In this document: positions 23,039-34,556 of the stretch, piece by piece
Position numbering within the stretch: the stretch's first letter is position 1
How the letters are laid out: each line of letters starts with the position of its first letter
Origin: an uncultured Fibrobacteria bacterium
Lineage (GTDB): Bacteria; Fibrobacterota; Fibrobacteria; UBA11236
Length of the DNA stretch: 64,000 nucleotides
Direction of reading: 5' to 3'
Assembly: GCA_963716395.1 (NCBI GenBank)
Contig: OY970309.1
Span: 3,648,001 to 3,712,000 of the forward strand
Translations under genes and position numbers: made by a program
Notes under the pieces: generated by a model
Told to the model about the DNA's origin: nothing
The model's database searches: none
The model's input: the letters and a program-made list of their open reading frames with translations, nothing else

Positions 23039-24331
23039 ATGAAGACGACGATAGACGGTATGCGCAAGTGGGCGGCGCTAGGATTGGCCGCAGCCACCCT
23101 GGCAATGCCGAAGGCCCTGCGGGCCGATGATGCCAACACGGTGAAGGTGGGAATCCTTCACTCCTTGAGCGGAACCATGGCTATTTCGGAAGTGTCACTG
23201 AAAGACGTCGACGAAATGGCCATCGATGAGATTAACGCCAAGGGCGGTGTGAACGGAAAGAAAATCGTACCCGTCGTGGTCGACCCGGCGTCAAACTGGG
23301 ATCTCTTCGCGGAAAAGGCCAAGGAACTGCTGTTGCAGGATCACGTATCCGCCGTATTCGGTTGCTGGACCTCGGTGTCGCGCAAATCCGTGCTGCCCGT
23401 GTTCGAACAGAATGACGGCCTGCTTTTCTACCCGGTGCAATACGAAGGCGAGGAATGCTCGAACAACGTATTCTACACCGGCGCCACGCCCAACCAACAA
23501 TTGATTCCCGCGGCCGAATACATGATGAGCAAGGAAGGCGGCGGCTACAAAAAGTTCTTTCTGCTGGGAACCGATTACGTCTTTCCGCGCACGGCCAATA
23601 AAATCCTCAAGGCCTTCTTGCTGGCCAAAGGTGTTCCCGCCGAGAATATCATGGAAGAGTATACCCCGTTCCACCAGCAGGATTACCAGACCATCGTGCA
23701 GAAGATCAAGGCCTTCGCCGCCGGCGGCAAAGCCTGCGTGCTTTCGACCATCAACGGTGATTCGAACGTTCCCTTCTATAAGGAATTCGCCGCGCAGGGT
23801 CTGACCTCCGCCACGTGCCCCATCATGGCTTTTTCGGTGGCCGAAGACGAATTGCGCGCCATGGACACGAAGTATCTGGTAGGCCATTTGGCGTGCTGGA
23901 ATTATTTCCAGAGCGTCAAGAACGCCCACAACGCAAAATTCGTCAAAGACTTCAAGGCCTATTGCGCCAAGAACAATCTGCCTGGTGGGGCGGATCGCGT
24001 CACCGACGATCCGATTGAAGCCGCTTACATCAGCGTGAACCTGTGGGCCAAGGCCGCGGCCAAAGCCAAGTCATTCGACGTCGACAAGGTACGCAAAGCG
24101 CTTTACAACATGAAGTTCGAGGCGCCCGACGGCTACGATGTCATGGTCGACTGCTGCAACGACCACTTGCACAAGCCGGTGATGATCGGCGAAATCCAGA
24201 AAGACGGGCAGTTCAAGATCGTGTGGCATACCCCCGGCCTGGTGGCGCCCGAGCCTTGGTCGAAGTACACCGATCCGGACAAGGGTTGCGATCATATCCA
24301 CCACGACGGAACCTATACCAAGACCCCTTAA
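23039..24331 (+). CDS. urtA: urea ABC transporter substrate-binding protein
   Basis: KVGILHSLSGTMAISE, FGCWTSVSRK, YPVQYEG, GTDYVFPRT; RBS AAGGAG. Confidence 0.95.
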   Translation: MKTTIDGMRKWAALGLAAATLAMPKALRADDANTVKVGILHSLSGTMAISEVSLKDVDEMAIDEINAKGGVNGKKIVPVVVDPASNWDLFAEKAKELLLQDHVSAVFGCWTSVSRKSVLPVFEQNDGLLFYPVQYEGEECSNNVFYTGATPNQQLIPAAEYMMSKEGGGYKKFFLLGTDYVFPRTANKILKAFLLAKGVPAENIMEEYTPFHQQDYQTIVQKIKAFAAGGKACVLSTINGDSNVPFYKEFAAQGLTSATCPIMAFSVAEDELRAMDTKYLVGHLACWNYFQSVKNAHNAKFVKDFKAYCAKNNLPGGADRVTDDPIEAAYISVNLWAKAAAKAKSFDVDKVRKALYNMKFEAPDGYDVMVDCCNDHLHKPVMIGEIQKDGQFKIVWHTPGLVAPEPWSKYTDPDKGCDHIHHDGTYTKTP

Positions 24332-24345
24332 TACTTCGACTCCCG

Positions 24346-24379
24346 TCCCCGCCTCCGTAACCGGAGGCGGGGATTTGTT
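24346..24379 (+). terminator. hairpin between urtA and urtB (leaky terminator or mRNA stabiliser)
   Basis: TCCCCGCCTCCG-TAAC-CGGAGGCGGGGA 12-bp stem followed by TTTGTT. Confidence 0.6.
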
Positions 24380-24396
24380 CCCGCACGAGGAGAATC

Positions 24397-26067
24397 ATGT
24401 TTCGGTTCCGATTAGCCGGATCCATCTTGACATTGGGATGTTTGACTTGGTTTCTCGGCCCCGCGCAGGCGGCCGAATCGACGGACACCCTCACGCTTTG
24501 CCTGGACTCCCTGGCGCACAGCGATTCCGCGAAAACCACGGCGCTGCAATGCCTGATCGCATCGGGGAACGACAGCTTGAAAAGTTTGTACCAGAATTTG
24601 TTCATGGGAAACGTGTACATCGCCAACTTGCCCGGAAGCCCGGGAGCGCTCGTGATTCCCGATTCCGAAACCGAAGGCGCCGACACGTTGACCGTACATC
24701 GGGCCTGGCCGTACACCGCCGTATTGGGGACCGATGGCAAAGCGCTGCGCTTCCCCTCCGACTCCCTGACCACGCTCGATGTGGATCGCGAGATGCGGGG
24801 CATGCTGCAACCCGTGCTGACCGCGATGGATTTGAAAAATCCGGATCGCAGCAAGCGCCTCGACGCTGCCACGAATATCGGCGAAAGCGCCGACACGACG
24901 CAATTGCCCGCCTTAGTCGCGGCCTTGCGCCGTGAATCCGACTCCAAGGTGATCCGGGCCCTTAAGGTTTCCATCGCCACCCTCAAATTGTTTTCGACCG
25001 ATCCCCAACTGCGCGCCGAAGCGGCCGAACAGCTCGGGTACCTGCGCGCCAGCAACGCCCTGCCGGAGATGAAATCACTGCTCGACACCACTTCCGGCGA
25101 AAAGGATCCGACGGTTCGCAAAGCCCTTTCGGCCGCGGTCAATGCCATCCAGAGTTGGAACGACGCCATGAAGGTGGTGCAGAATGTGTTCACCGGCCTC
25201 AGTCTGGGTTCCATTCTGATCCTGATGGCCCTGGGGCTTTCGGTGATTTTCGGCTTGATGGGCGTCATCAACATGGCGCATGGAGAATTCATGATGATCG
25301 GCGCCTATGCCACGTATCTGGTGCAGAATATTTTCCGGGCCAAATTTCCCGGCGTCTTCGACTGGTTTCTGCTCGTTTCCTTCCCCTGCGCATTTTTGGT
25401 CGCAGGTGGAGTGGGGATGCTGGTGGAAGCCACCATTATCAAACGCTTGTACGGCCGACCCTTGGAAACCCTGCTGGCCACCTGGGGATTGAGCCTCCTA
25501 TTCATCCAAACCGCACGCAGCCTGTTCGGCGATTTGACGGCGGTGAGCACGCCCGCCCTGCTCAGCGGTGGCTGGGAAATATTTCCCCAAGTGGTACTTC
25601 CCTACAACCGCCTCTTCATCATCGCCTTGACGATCGCGGTGGTGGCGGGCATGTCGGCGCTGTTTTACGCCACGCCCATCGGAACCACCATTCGCGCCGT
25701 CACCCAAAACCGATCCATGAGCGCCTGCCTGGGCGTGCGTACCCGGCGCGTGGACTGTCTCACCTTCGGCCTGGGAGCGGGCATCGCCGGCATCGCGGGC
25801 TGTGCGCTCACCCAAATCGGCAACGTCGATCCAGGCATGGGCCAGAACTACATCGTCGATTCGTTTATGGTGGTGGTGGCGGGCGGCGTGGGCAAACTGG
25901 CCGGCACCGTGATCGCGGGTCTCGGCATCGGATCCCTCAATAAAATACTCGAACCCTTTTTCCAAACCGTTTATGCCAAGGTGATTCTGCTGGGATTGGT
26001 GATCCTGTTTCTACAACGCCGGCCCTCCGGCTTGTTCCCCGCCAAAGGCCGCAATGAAGACACCTGA
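24397..26067 (+). CDS. urtB: urea ABC transporter permease UrtB with HEAT-like periplasmic N-domain
   Basis: GLSVIFGLMGVINMAHGEF, RPLETLLATWG, VDSFMVVV. Confidence 0.93.
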   Translation: MFRFRLAGSILTLGCLTWFLGPAQAAESTDTLTLCLDSLAHSDSAKTTALQCLIASGNDSLKSLYQNLFMGNVYIANLPGSPGALVIPDSETEGADTLTVHRAWPYTAVLGTDGKALRFPSDSLTTLDVDREMRGMLQPVLTAMDLKNPDRSKRLDAATNIGESADTTQLPALVAALRRESDSKVIRALKVSIATLKLFSTDPQLRAEAAEQLGYLRASNALPEMKSLLDTTSGEKDPTVRKALSAAVNAIQSWNDAMKVVQNVFTGLSLGSILILMALGLSVIFGLMGVINMAHGEFMMIGAYATYLVQNIFRAKFPGVFDWFLLVSFPCAFLVAGGVGMLVEATIIKRLYGRPLETLLATWGLSLLFIQTARSLFGDLTAVSTPALLSGGWEIFPQVVLPYNRLFIIALTIAVVAGMSALFYATPIGTTIRAVTQNRSMSACLGVRTRRVDCLTFGLGAGIAGIAGCALTQIGNVDPGMGQNYIVDSFMVVVAGGVGKLAGTVIAGLGIGSLNKILEPFFQTVYAKVILLGLVILFLQRRPSGLFPAKGRNEDT

Positions 26068-27139
26068 AGCTTCGCTGTTCCGCCGGGATTTATCGGGATG
26101 GATTCTGGCCGCGTTGTTGGTCGCCGCCATACCGCTGCTCAATATCACGGGCGTGGTTTCGGATCTGCAATTGACCTTACTGGGGCGCTATCTGTGCTTC
26201 GCCATCGCTGCATTGGGCATTGATTTGATTTGGGGCTATACCGGAATTCTCTCCTTGTGCCAGTCCTTTTTCTTTTGCCTGGGCGGCTATTGCATCGGCA
26301 TGTACATGCTGCTGAAAACCGGTACCCAAGGCGATTACGGCAGCGCCTTGCCCGATTTCATGGTTTGGAACGGCGTCAAAAAACTGCCGTGGTTCTGGCA
26401 CCCCTTTCACCACTTCCTCCCCGCCATCGCCTTCGGCATGGCCGTTCCCGTGGCGGCCGCCCTGGTGTTCGGCTACTTTTCTTTCCGCAGCCGCATCAAA
26501 GGGGTTTACTTCAGCATCATCTCGCAAGCTCTGGCCTTGGCCATGTGGCTGGTCTTTCTGCGCAACGAGACCATGCTGGGCGGAACCAACGGCCTCACCG
26601 ATTTCAAAACCATTCTCGGCTTCTCGTTGGCCCGCGAGGGAACGAAACGCGGCCTCTATCTGTGCAGCGCCGTCATGCTGGTGCTGCTGTATTTCGCCAG
26701 CCGCTATGCCATGCGCTCCAAGCTGGGGAAAATCCTGGTGGCCATCCGCGACAGCGAAACCCGCGTGCGCTTCACCGGGATTCCCGTGGCGCAATACAAG
26801 ATTTTCGCCTTTTGCGTGGCGGCGCTTCTGGCCGGCATCGGCGGCATGCTGTATGTGCCCCAAACCGGCATCATCACGCCGGGGCGCATGGACGTGCGCG
26901 CCTCGTTGGAAATGGTGGTGTGGGTGGCGGCCGGAGGTCGCGGCACCTTGCTGGGCCCTATTCTCGGCGCGGTAGGCATTAACCTGCTCTACAGCTATCT
27001 CACCAACCATTTACCGGGATTGTGGCTGTATGTGCTCGGCGGACTTTTCATCATCGTGGTGCTGTTTCTGCCGCGCGGATTCGTGGGCGCCTTTGAATCC
27101 GCGTATGCGGCCTGGCGGCGCAGAAAGCCGGCGGCATGA
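26054..27139 (+). CDS. urtC: urea ABC transporter permease UrtC
   Basis: DLIWGYTGILSL, LPDFM, IKGVYFSIISQA, GGTNGLTDF, GGRGTL. Confidence 0.93.
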   Translation: MKTPEASLFRRDLSGWILAALLVAAIPLLNITGVVSDLQLTLLGRYLCFAIAALGIDLIWGYTGILSLCQSFFFCLGGYCIGMYMLLKTGTQGDYGSALPDFMVWNGVKKLPWFWHPFHHFLPAIAFGMAVPVAAALVFGYFSFRSRIKGVYFSIISQALALAMWLVFLRNETMLGGTNGLTDFKTILGFSLAREGTKRGLYLCSAVMLVLLYFASRYAMRSKLGKILVAIRDSETRVRFTGIPVAQYKIFAFCVAALLAGIGGMLYVPQTGIITPGRMDVRASLEMVVWVAAGGRGTLLGPILGAVGINLLYSYLTNHLPGLWLYVLGGLFIIVVLFLPRGFVGAFESAYAAWRRRKPAA

Positions 27140-27898
27140 GCGAGCGCCTATTGTATGTCGAGGATTTATCGGTGTCGTTCGACGGTTTCAAAGCTCTTAA
27201 TATCACGTATTTCTCCGTCGATGCGCAGGAATTACGCGTGGTCATCGGCCCCAACGGCGCCGGTAAAACCACCTTCATGGACGTGCTCTGCGGAAAAACC
27301 AAACCCGATACCGGCATCGCCATGCTGCGCGACACCGACCTCACCAAACTCGACGAAAAATCCATCGTCGATTTGGGCGTGGGCCGGAAATTCCAAACCC
27401 CATCGGTTTTCGGCAGTCTCACCGTGTTTGAAAATCTGCTGTTGGCTCTCAAAACCGATCGCGGAATTTTTCGTTCGCTATTCGGGCATTTGCAAAAACC
27501 CGAGGCGGATAAAATTCATTCCGTGGCCGACACGGTGGGTCTTTACCAGCAGTTGCATAACCCGGCCGGTGCGCTTTCACATGGCCAAAAACAATGGCTC
27601 GAAATCGGCATGTTGTTGGTGATGAATCCGGATCTGCTCCTGATCGACGAGCCCGCCGCCGGCATGTCCGACGAAGAAACGGCGAAAACCGGCAGGCTGC
27701 TGTTGGAATTGGCCCAGACCCGCTCGGTGATCGTCATCGAGCATGACATGGAATTCGTGCGCCAACTGGAACGCAAGGTGACGGTATTATGCGAGGGAAA
27801 GGTTTTGACTGAAGGCCCGTTGGAGAAGGTGCAGAACGATCCGGTGGTCATCGAACAATACCTCGGCCGCGCGCGGGAGAAATCCAAAGGCGACGCCC

Positions 27899-27906
<8 letters not shown>
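27136..27906 (+). CDS. urtD: urea ABC transporter ATP-binding protein UrtD
   Basis: GPNGAGKT, GRKFQTP, LSHGQKQWLEIGM. Confidence 0.93.
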
Positions 27907-28995
<1,089 letters not shown>

Positions 28996-29000
28996 TCAGA

Positions 29001-30065
29001 TTAGAAATTGGCGATGAGATCGCCAGCAACTTCCATCTGATTTCCGGTAGCATTATTGTTGCTATCGATAAAGACATCTTTGCTGCCGAAATCGATGCGA
29101 TATTCCGCGCGTGCCGTGAGGGTTTTAGTCAACCAAAAAGTCGGGGCCAAGGTCACGTTTTGCAGGTAGAGGGTGTTGACGCCGTTATCCTGGGAATACA
29201 GTTCGTAACGCAACCCCACGCCGAACATGGAGTTGACGTGGACCAGCGGCTGGACTCCGACTCCCCACCAGGTGGCATCGTCGCCGTTAAAGCCCTCTTT
29301 CTGCTCTACGCCGTAATTTCCCTGGAAATTCAAGTCCACCATATTGATGGCGTGGGAAATTCCGGTGATGTCATAGCTCATCTTCACGTGGCTAAGGTCG
29401 CCGCCTTGACCGGTGGCCCGTTCGGGGCCCATTAAGCCGGAAATTGTCAAGGCCAACGGGTTTCCGAAATTCAATCCCAATTTGACGAGACCCGTGGGAA
29501 CCACGTTGACATCCGTCATTTGATCCCAACCGTTGACCACCCCCAGGTGAAAGTCCCACATGCTGGAGGAATACGAAACCTCAAGGCCGGTGTGGGTGAA
29601 CGGTTCGGCCATTCCGAACAGAAAACCCCGGGTGATTTCGGGATTGGCGCCGCCCGGAATCACTTCAATGCCTTCATAGGTCGCGTATTTTCCGGCTTTG
29701 ATTCCCCAGGCTTTGGCGGGACCAAAGGTATAAGTCAAATACGCCTGTTCCAGGTCGAAAACGTTGCCATTCGACGAGGCGTCCAGCGCCGCATCCGTGC
29801 CCAGATCGGTTTGTACGTCATAACCGACGCCCGTGGCGGTGTCCGAACCGCTCATATCAACGTGGGCATTGTTGAGCAAGAAGGTTTTGGTATGCGCATC
29901 GTAGCTATGGAAGCGATTGTTCATACTGTCCGAGGGTATGGTCAAATTGTAGTTGTAGCTGGCTTCCACCGATCCGGAAATCGTAGGCGCGCTCTGCGCC
30001 AAGCCGACCCCTGCCGCACAAACGGCAATTGAACAAAAACCCGTAATTCTATGGATGTTTTGCAT
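29001..30065 (-). CDS. putative outer-membrane beta-barrel porin (BBP2/OmpL-like), copy 2
   Basis: Signal peptide, LEQAYL, AGKYATYEGIEVI, PFTHTG, VNGWD, RAEYRID, C-terminal Phe. Confidence 0.8.
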   Translation of the reverse strand: MQNIHRITGFCSIAVCAAGVGLAQSAPTISGSVEASYNYNLTIPSDSMNNRFHSYDAHTKTFLLNNAHVDMSGSDTATGVGYDVQTDLGTDAALDASSNGNVFDLEQAYLTYTFGPAKAWGIKAGKYATYEGIEVIPGGANPEITRGFLFGMAEPFTHTGLEVSYSSSMWDFHLGVVNGWDQMTDVNVVPTGLVKLGLNFGNPLALTISGLMGPERATGQGGDLSHVKMSYDITGISHAINMVDLNFQGNYGVEQKEGFNGDDATWWGVGVQPLVHVNSMFGVGLRYELYSQDNGVNTLYLQNVTLAPTFWLTKTLTARAEYRIDFGSKDVFIDSNNNATGNQMEVAGDLIANF

Positions 30066-30438
30066 GCTCCGTCCTTTCGAAGTGTTTTTATACCCGTTTC
30101 CGAACATGGAATTTTTTTGGAAACCTCATGCTCGAAACAAGACTGAAACAAAAATGTCTTTTGTTCGTAACCCTGCCAACAATTAGGGTTAAAATTTGGT
30201 TAGAAAGCGGGTTAAAATTGAAAGAGCGCGCATATTTGACAGCCAAAATTACAATTATTAGCAACGATGAATTATTAAGATTTATAGTTCAGTACATTTT
30301 TCTGATTTGATCTTTTCGACTTGAATTTAGGCCGGCTCGGATTTCCAAGAATGACTTTGGACACCGCAGCTTAAGCGTTTCGTCTCCCTGCGAAGCGCAT
30401 GGATCTCGGTACTGGCACCTGACAAATCTAGGCGAATA

Positions 30439-30786
30439 CTACGACGCTGACCCGGAAATCCGGCTGAGAAAGGTCTGCCAGGAATTGCCCTGGGTCGAGG
30501 GATCATTTCCGGTCCATTCCACCGTGAACGGAGCGGACGATTTCGGGACTTGGACGGTGGAATTTTTTTCGGTATTCGCCCCGGAATCCAAACTATTGGC
30601 TGTTTGGCCCAACTTTTCGATGAGGGAATCGGAAAGCACGAAATCGCTGGAATTTTTCACACCATTACTGCGAAGCGACTTGGCAAAGTCAGCCATCGAT
30701 TGCGTTTGGACTCCGGCCGCCTTTCCATAGAGGCGAATCGGGTTCACCCACGAATCCGAGACGCTGAGTAATCCTTCCATTGCCAT
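30439..30786 (-). CDS. hypothetical Ser/Thr-rich protein
   Basis: ORF with purine-rich RBS and upstream sigma28-like promoter; no family recognised. Confidence 0.5.
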   Translation of the reverse strand: MAMEGLLSVSDSWVNPIRLYGKAAGVQTQSMADFAKSLRSNGVKNSSDFVLSDSLIEKLGQTANSLDSGANTEKNSTVQVPKSSAPFTVEWTGNDPSTQGNSWQTFLSRISGSAS

Positions 30787-30834
30787 CGGCGGCTTCCTTG
30801 TCCTTCCTTCCGGGTGCAAACCGGGCTATTCCTT

Positions 30835-30861
30835 TTATCGGAAGACGGCTGAAGGACTTGA
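30835..30861 (-). promoter_or_regulatory. putative sigma28 (FliA) promoter
   Basis: Minus strand TCAA-N15-TCCGATAA versus consensus TAAA-N15-GCCGATAA. Confidence 0.55.
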
Positions 30862-30979
30862 CTCAAATTTTTAGGTGCGCGAGCACTAAAGAAATCAACA
30901 CCCCAAAGGAATGAAATGCGGAATTCCGATTCCGTAAGACTATCTGCGATGATGATCGCCGGGAAAAAACCGCTAGGGG

Positions 30980-32254
30980 TCAGCGCTGCACATAATCCGA
31001 AGTCTTTGCCACCACCGTGACGCTTTTCTTATGAAAGGCATGCGGATGCCAGCCGGCCAGCAGGATCAAGGCCGCGAATCCCACCGTGTATCCCAGGGCC
31101 ACATGCCAACCGCGCCGCAACCAGCCGATGACGGAGCGGCCTTCGGGAAACAATCCCGTCAAGGCCACGCCCGCCGAAGATCCAAACCACATCATGGAGC
31201 CGCCGAAGCCGACGGCAAAAGCGACCACTCCCCAATCATAACCGCCTTGTTCCAGGGCCAATTTGGTGAGGGGGATGTTGTCGACCACGGCCGAAAGAAA
31301 TCCAAGACCCAATGTTGTAGACCACGATGCCCCCGGCAGATATTGAACCGGCAACAAGGAGGCTGAAAAAACCAGGGACAGCAGAAAAATCGCGCCCCGG
31401 GTGGCCGGGAACAATTCCTTCCAATGGGTTTTGCGGAACAAGGAGCCGATGGCAATGGCCACCCACACCCCCAAGGCAGGCATGCTCACCAAAATGTTGG
31501 CCAAGATGGCGCCTACCAGTATGAGAAGTACGATACCGGCCCGCACCCAATCGATGTGCAATCCTTTAGGCGCATCTTTGGCGATGGGTTGATAGCGATC
31601 CTGCTGCCACGAGGCGAAACCACCGAAAATCAGCACCGCGACGACGGCCCCCACATAAGCGTGGAGTACATCGGCGGGGCTCACGCCGTTCAACCATATC
31701 ATGGTGGTGGTGGTATCGCCGACCACGCTGCCGGCCCCGCCGGCGTTGCTGGCCGCCACGATGGCCGCCAAATATCCGATATGCACCTTGCGCTTGTAGA
31801 CCACTTCGGCCACGGCCCCGCCGATCAGGGCGGCAGCGATATTGTCGAGAAAACTGGAAATCACCATCACCGAGATCAAAAGGAGAAATCCGCCCTTCCA
31901 GTCGTCGGGCAACCAATGCGGTAAAAAGGCGGGGATTCCGCTTTCTTCGAAGTGCTTGGCCAACAAGGCAAAGCCGAGCAGCAAACCGAACAAATTGATG
32001 AGCCCCAGGTATTCCGCATGCAGATGCGCGCCCCAAGGAAAGGCGGAAAAAAAGAGTTTATACACCAGCAAGGCGACCAAACCGCACAAGGCCGCATACA
32101 TCGTATAGCGTGGAAGAAACGCAACCCCGGCCAAGGTCAAGGCGAAAATCACAAACTCGGGATGAATATGCGCGGGCCAGATGCCGCCTCCCGAAGCAAA
32201 AGCGCAAAGCGGCAGAACCAATACGAGGAAAAAGATCGGGAATCTTTTAACCAA
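30980..32254 (-). CDS. ion transporter (IT) superfamily permease, NhaD/CitMHS-like
   Basis: SSFLDNIAA, ASNAGGAGSVVGDTTT, SAVVDNIPL, GSSAGV; many TM segments. Confidence 0.8.
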   Translation of the reverse strand: MVKRFPIFFLVLVLPLCAFASGGGIWPAHIHPEFVIFALTLAGVAFLPRYTMYAALCGLVALLVYKLFFSAFPWGAHLHAEYLGLINLFGLLLGFALLAKHFEESGIPAFLPHWLPDDWKGGFLLLISVMVISSFLDNIAAALIGGAVAEVVYKRKVHIGYLAAIVAASNAGGAGSVVGDTTTTMIWLNGVSPADVLHAYVGAVVAVLIFGGFASWQQDRYQPIAKDAPKGLHIDWVRAGIVLLILVGAILANILVSMPALGVWVAIAIGSLFRKTHWKELFPATRGAIFLLSLVFSASLLPVQYLPGASWSTTLGLGFLSAVVDNIPLTKLALEQGGYDWGVVAFAVGFGGSMMWFGSSAGVALTGLFPEGRSVIGWLRRGWHVALGYTVGFAALILLAGWHPHAFHKKSVTVVAKTSDYVQR

Positions 32255-32681
32255 TTGGGGCCTCCTCTTTCCATTTGCTGTGGAGCTTCAGGGTGGCCTC
32301 CAAAACGCGCGCAGCAATGATCAGAATCACGAAAGCGAAGAAAATATTCGTGGCGCCGCGCGAAACCACCATGCCGCGCCGAATGGCTTCGTTTAAAAAC
32401 AGATAGAACACCGAAAGAACGACGAGAAGTAGGGCGGCAATTCGGCTGCGCCAACGTTGCAGGCAAAAACCGAGACCGGCATAAACCGCCGCCCCGGCTA
32501 TCAAGGTCCAATCGGTTAAAGCGCCCAAGGCCGCCAAAATAACGGCCACGATATAAAACACCAGCGCTCCCTGACGAATCATAATCACGGCTTTTTCCGG
32601 GGTGGAAACCGGTGAAAAAATGCCGATACGCCAATTGCGACCGGCTTTGATGGTTTTTCTTTTTTTCGATTTTTTCGCCAT
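32247..32681 (-). CDS. hypothetical membrane protein (about 4 TM)
   Basis: Basic N-terminus then hydrophobic segments; stop overlaps the transporter start. Confidence 0.55.
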   Translation of the reverse strand: MAKKSKKRKTIKAGRNWRIGIFSPVSTPEKAVIMIRQGALVFYIVAVILAALGALTDWTLIAGAAVYAGLGFCLQRWRSRIAALLLVVLSVFYLFLNEAIRRGMVVSRGATNIFFAFVILIIAARVLEATLKLHSKWKEEAPIG

Positions 32682-32719
32682 GGTGTCGCTTTGCAAACCT
32701 AAACTCAATGCATGGGAAA

Positions 32720-32750
32720 GTGGGAAACGGGCCAAGCACCCGTTTCCCAC
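32720..32750 (-). terminator. hairpin downstream of amt copy 1
   Basis: GTGGGAAACGGG-N7-CCCGTTTCCCAC 12-bp stem; short T-run follows on the minus strand. Confidence 0.55.
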
Positions 32751-32769
32751 CGAACCCGAACTCTCTTTT

Positions 32770-34293
32770 TCAAGCCGGAGTGCGGCTGTCGAAGTATCCA
32801 AGGGCACCCATTTCCGGAATATCCAATCCTTCTTCTTCGACCTGGGCGCTCACCCGCAATCCCATGACCATGTCCAGGACTTTAAAGAAGGCGTAGCACA
32901 AGACGAAGACCACGACGATGTTGGTGATGGTGCCGATGCACTCGGCCACGAACTGTTTGGGATCTCCGTAGAACAGTCCTTTGACCGTGCCGCTGACGCC
33001 GTTCCAGCCATCGCCGTAAGTGCCGTCGGCAAACAGACCCAGGCTCAGCACGCCCCAGGCTCCATTCACCCCGTGCACCGATATCGCGCCCACCGGATCA
33101 TCGATCTTGCACACGCGTTCGAAGAAAAAGCAGGACCAGACCACCAGCACACCCGAGATTACGCCGATGATAACGGCACTCACGCTGTTGACGAAGGCGC
33201 AAGGCGCGGTGATGGCTACCAAGCCGGCCAGCATGCCGTTGCACATCATGCTGGGATCGGGCTTGCCGTACCGCCACCACATGTACAGCGCGGAAGCCAA
33301 GGCACCGCCGGCGCTGGCCAGCATGGTGTTGGTGGCGATCACGCCGATGCGCAAATCGGTACCGGCCAAGGTGCTGCCCGGATTGAACCCGAACCAGCCG
33401 AAGGCCAGGATGAAGGTGCCGACAATGGCCATGGGAATGTCATGCGCCGGAATCGCTTTGGGCTTGCCATCCTTGTCGAATTTTCCGATGCGCGGCCCGA
33501 TGACCATGGCTCCCGCTAGACCCGCAACCCCGCCCACCATGTGCACCACCGAAGAACCGGCGAAGTCGACATGGCCGTGGCCCAGGCCGAAATTGGTCCC
33601 TAATTGAGAGAGCCAGCCGCCCCCCCACACCCAGTTGCCGAACAGGGGGTAAACCACCATGGAGATGAAAAACCCGTACACCATAAAGGCGGAGTATTTC
33701 CACCGTTCCGCCATGGCGCCGGTGGGAATGGTGGCCGTGGTATCCATAAACACCATTTGAAAGAGGAATAAGGTGAAAATGGAGGCATCATAGGCTACAC
33801 CGCTGAGGAAGAAGCCTTTGAGCCCGAGAATGCCGAAGTCATGGCCGAACAAATGCAGTATCAGCTCATGACTGAGCCCGCCGGTTCCGCCGGCCAGGGT
33901 TCCACTGGCTCCAGCACCACCGAACATAAAGGCGAAACCGCATATCCAAAATCCCAGCATGCCAACTGGGTAAACCATGAAATTCATGGCCATGGTATGG
34001 GCCGCATTCTTCGCCTGACATAAACCGGTTTCCACCATGGCAAAGCCGGCCTGCATGAACATCACCAAAAAGCCGGTGACCAGGGTCCAGACGATATTGA
34101 TGGCGATTTTGTTATGGCCTACGGTGGCCGCGATTTCATCCATGGTCGGCTTGCCGGCCACTTTCGCGGGAATATCCATGGCCGTACCCGTATTTCCGCC
34201 CGAGGGATCGGGATCTGCGAAAAGTGGGGCTGCCGAACTTAACAGGAAAAGCAAAACCCACGTAATCAAAAATCCCCACTTCAATTTGGACAT
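32770..34293 (-). CDS. amt: ammonium transporter (Amt), copy 1
   Basis: FMQAGFAMVETG, AER, DFAGSSVVH, WFGFNPGS, DDPVGAISVHG; twin His present. Confidence 0.96.
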   Translation of the reverse strand: MSKLKWGFLITWVLLFLLSSAAPLFADPDPSGGNTGTAMDIPAKVAGKPTMDEIAATVGHNKIAINIVWTLVTGFLVMFMQAGFAMVETGLCQAKNAAHTMAMNFMVYPVGMLGFWICGFAFMFGGAGASGTLAGGTGGLSHELILHLFGHDFGILGLKGFFLSGVAYDASIFTLFLFQMVFMDTTATIPTGAMAERWKYSAFMVYGFFISMVVYPLFGNWVWGGGWLSQLGTNFGLGHGHVDFAGSSVVHMVGGVAGLAGAMVIGPRIGKFDKDGKPKAIPAHDIPMAIVGTFILAFGWFGFNPGSTLAGTDLRIGVIATNTMLASAGGALASALYMWWRYGKPDPSMMCNGMLAGLVAITAPCAFVNSVSAVIIGVISGVLVVWSCFFFERVCKIDDPVGAISVHGVNGAWGVLSLGLFADGTYGDGWNGVSGTVKGLFYGDPKQFVAECIGTITNIVVVFVLCYAFFKVLDMVMGLRVSAQVEEEGLDIPEMGALGYFDSRTPA

Positions 34294-34328
34294 ACCTTCA
34301 CTCCTTTTTTGTGGATGAAGCGGGGTAA

Positions 34329-34344
34329 AACAACATTTATGCCA
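34329..34344 (-). promoter_or_regulatory. putative sigma54 promoter for amt copy 1
   Basis: Minus strand TGGCAT-AAATG-TTGTT; correct spacing but GT at -12. Confidence 0.5.
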
Positions 34345-34556
34345 ATATCAAAACGCGGAATTTGCGGGTTTCCCATTCGATTTGATATGAAAAACCAAAA
34401 ACAAAGCGAAACAAAAATGACAATATGTGAAAATTTATTGTTCTTGTTTTACAATTTTAAACGATAGCGGTTGACTTGACCAATATCACCTGAATAAAGC
34501 GCCGATGTCATTCGGGTCTTAAGACTTGAAAAAACACAAACTGAACTGGAAAACTG

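Noticed and set aside
30163-30178. TGGCAG upstream of porin 2 as a sigma54 promoter
   Set aside because: No TTG(C) element at the -12 position.
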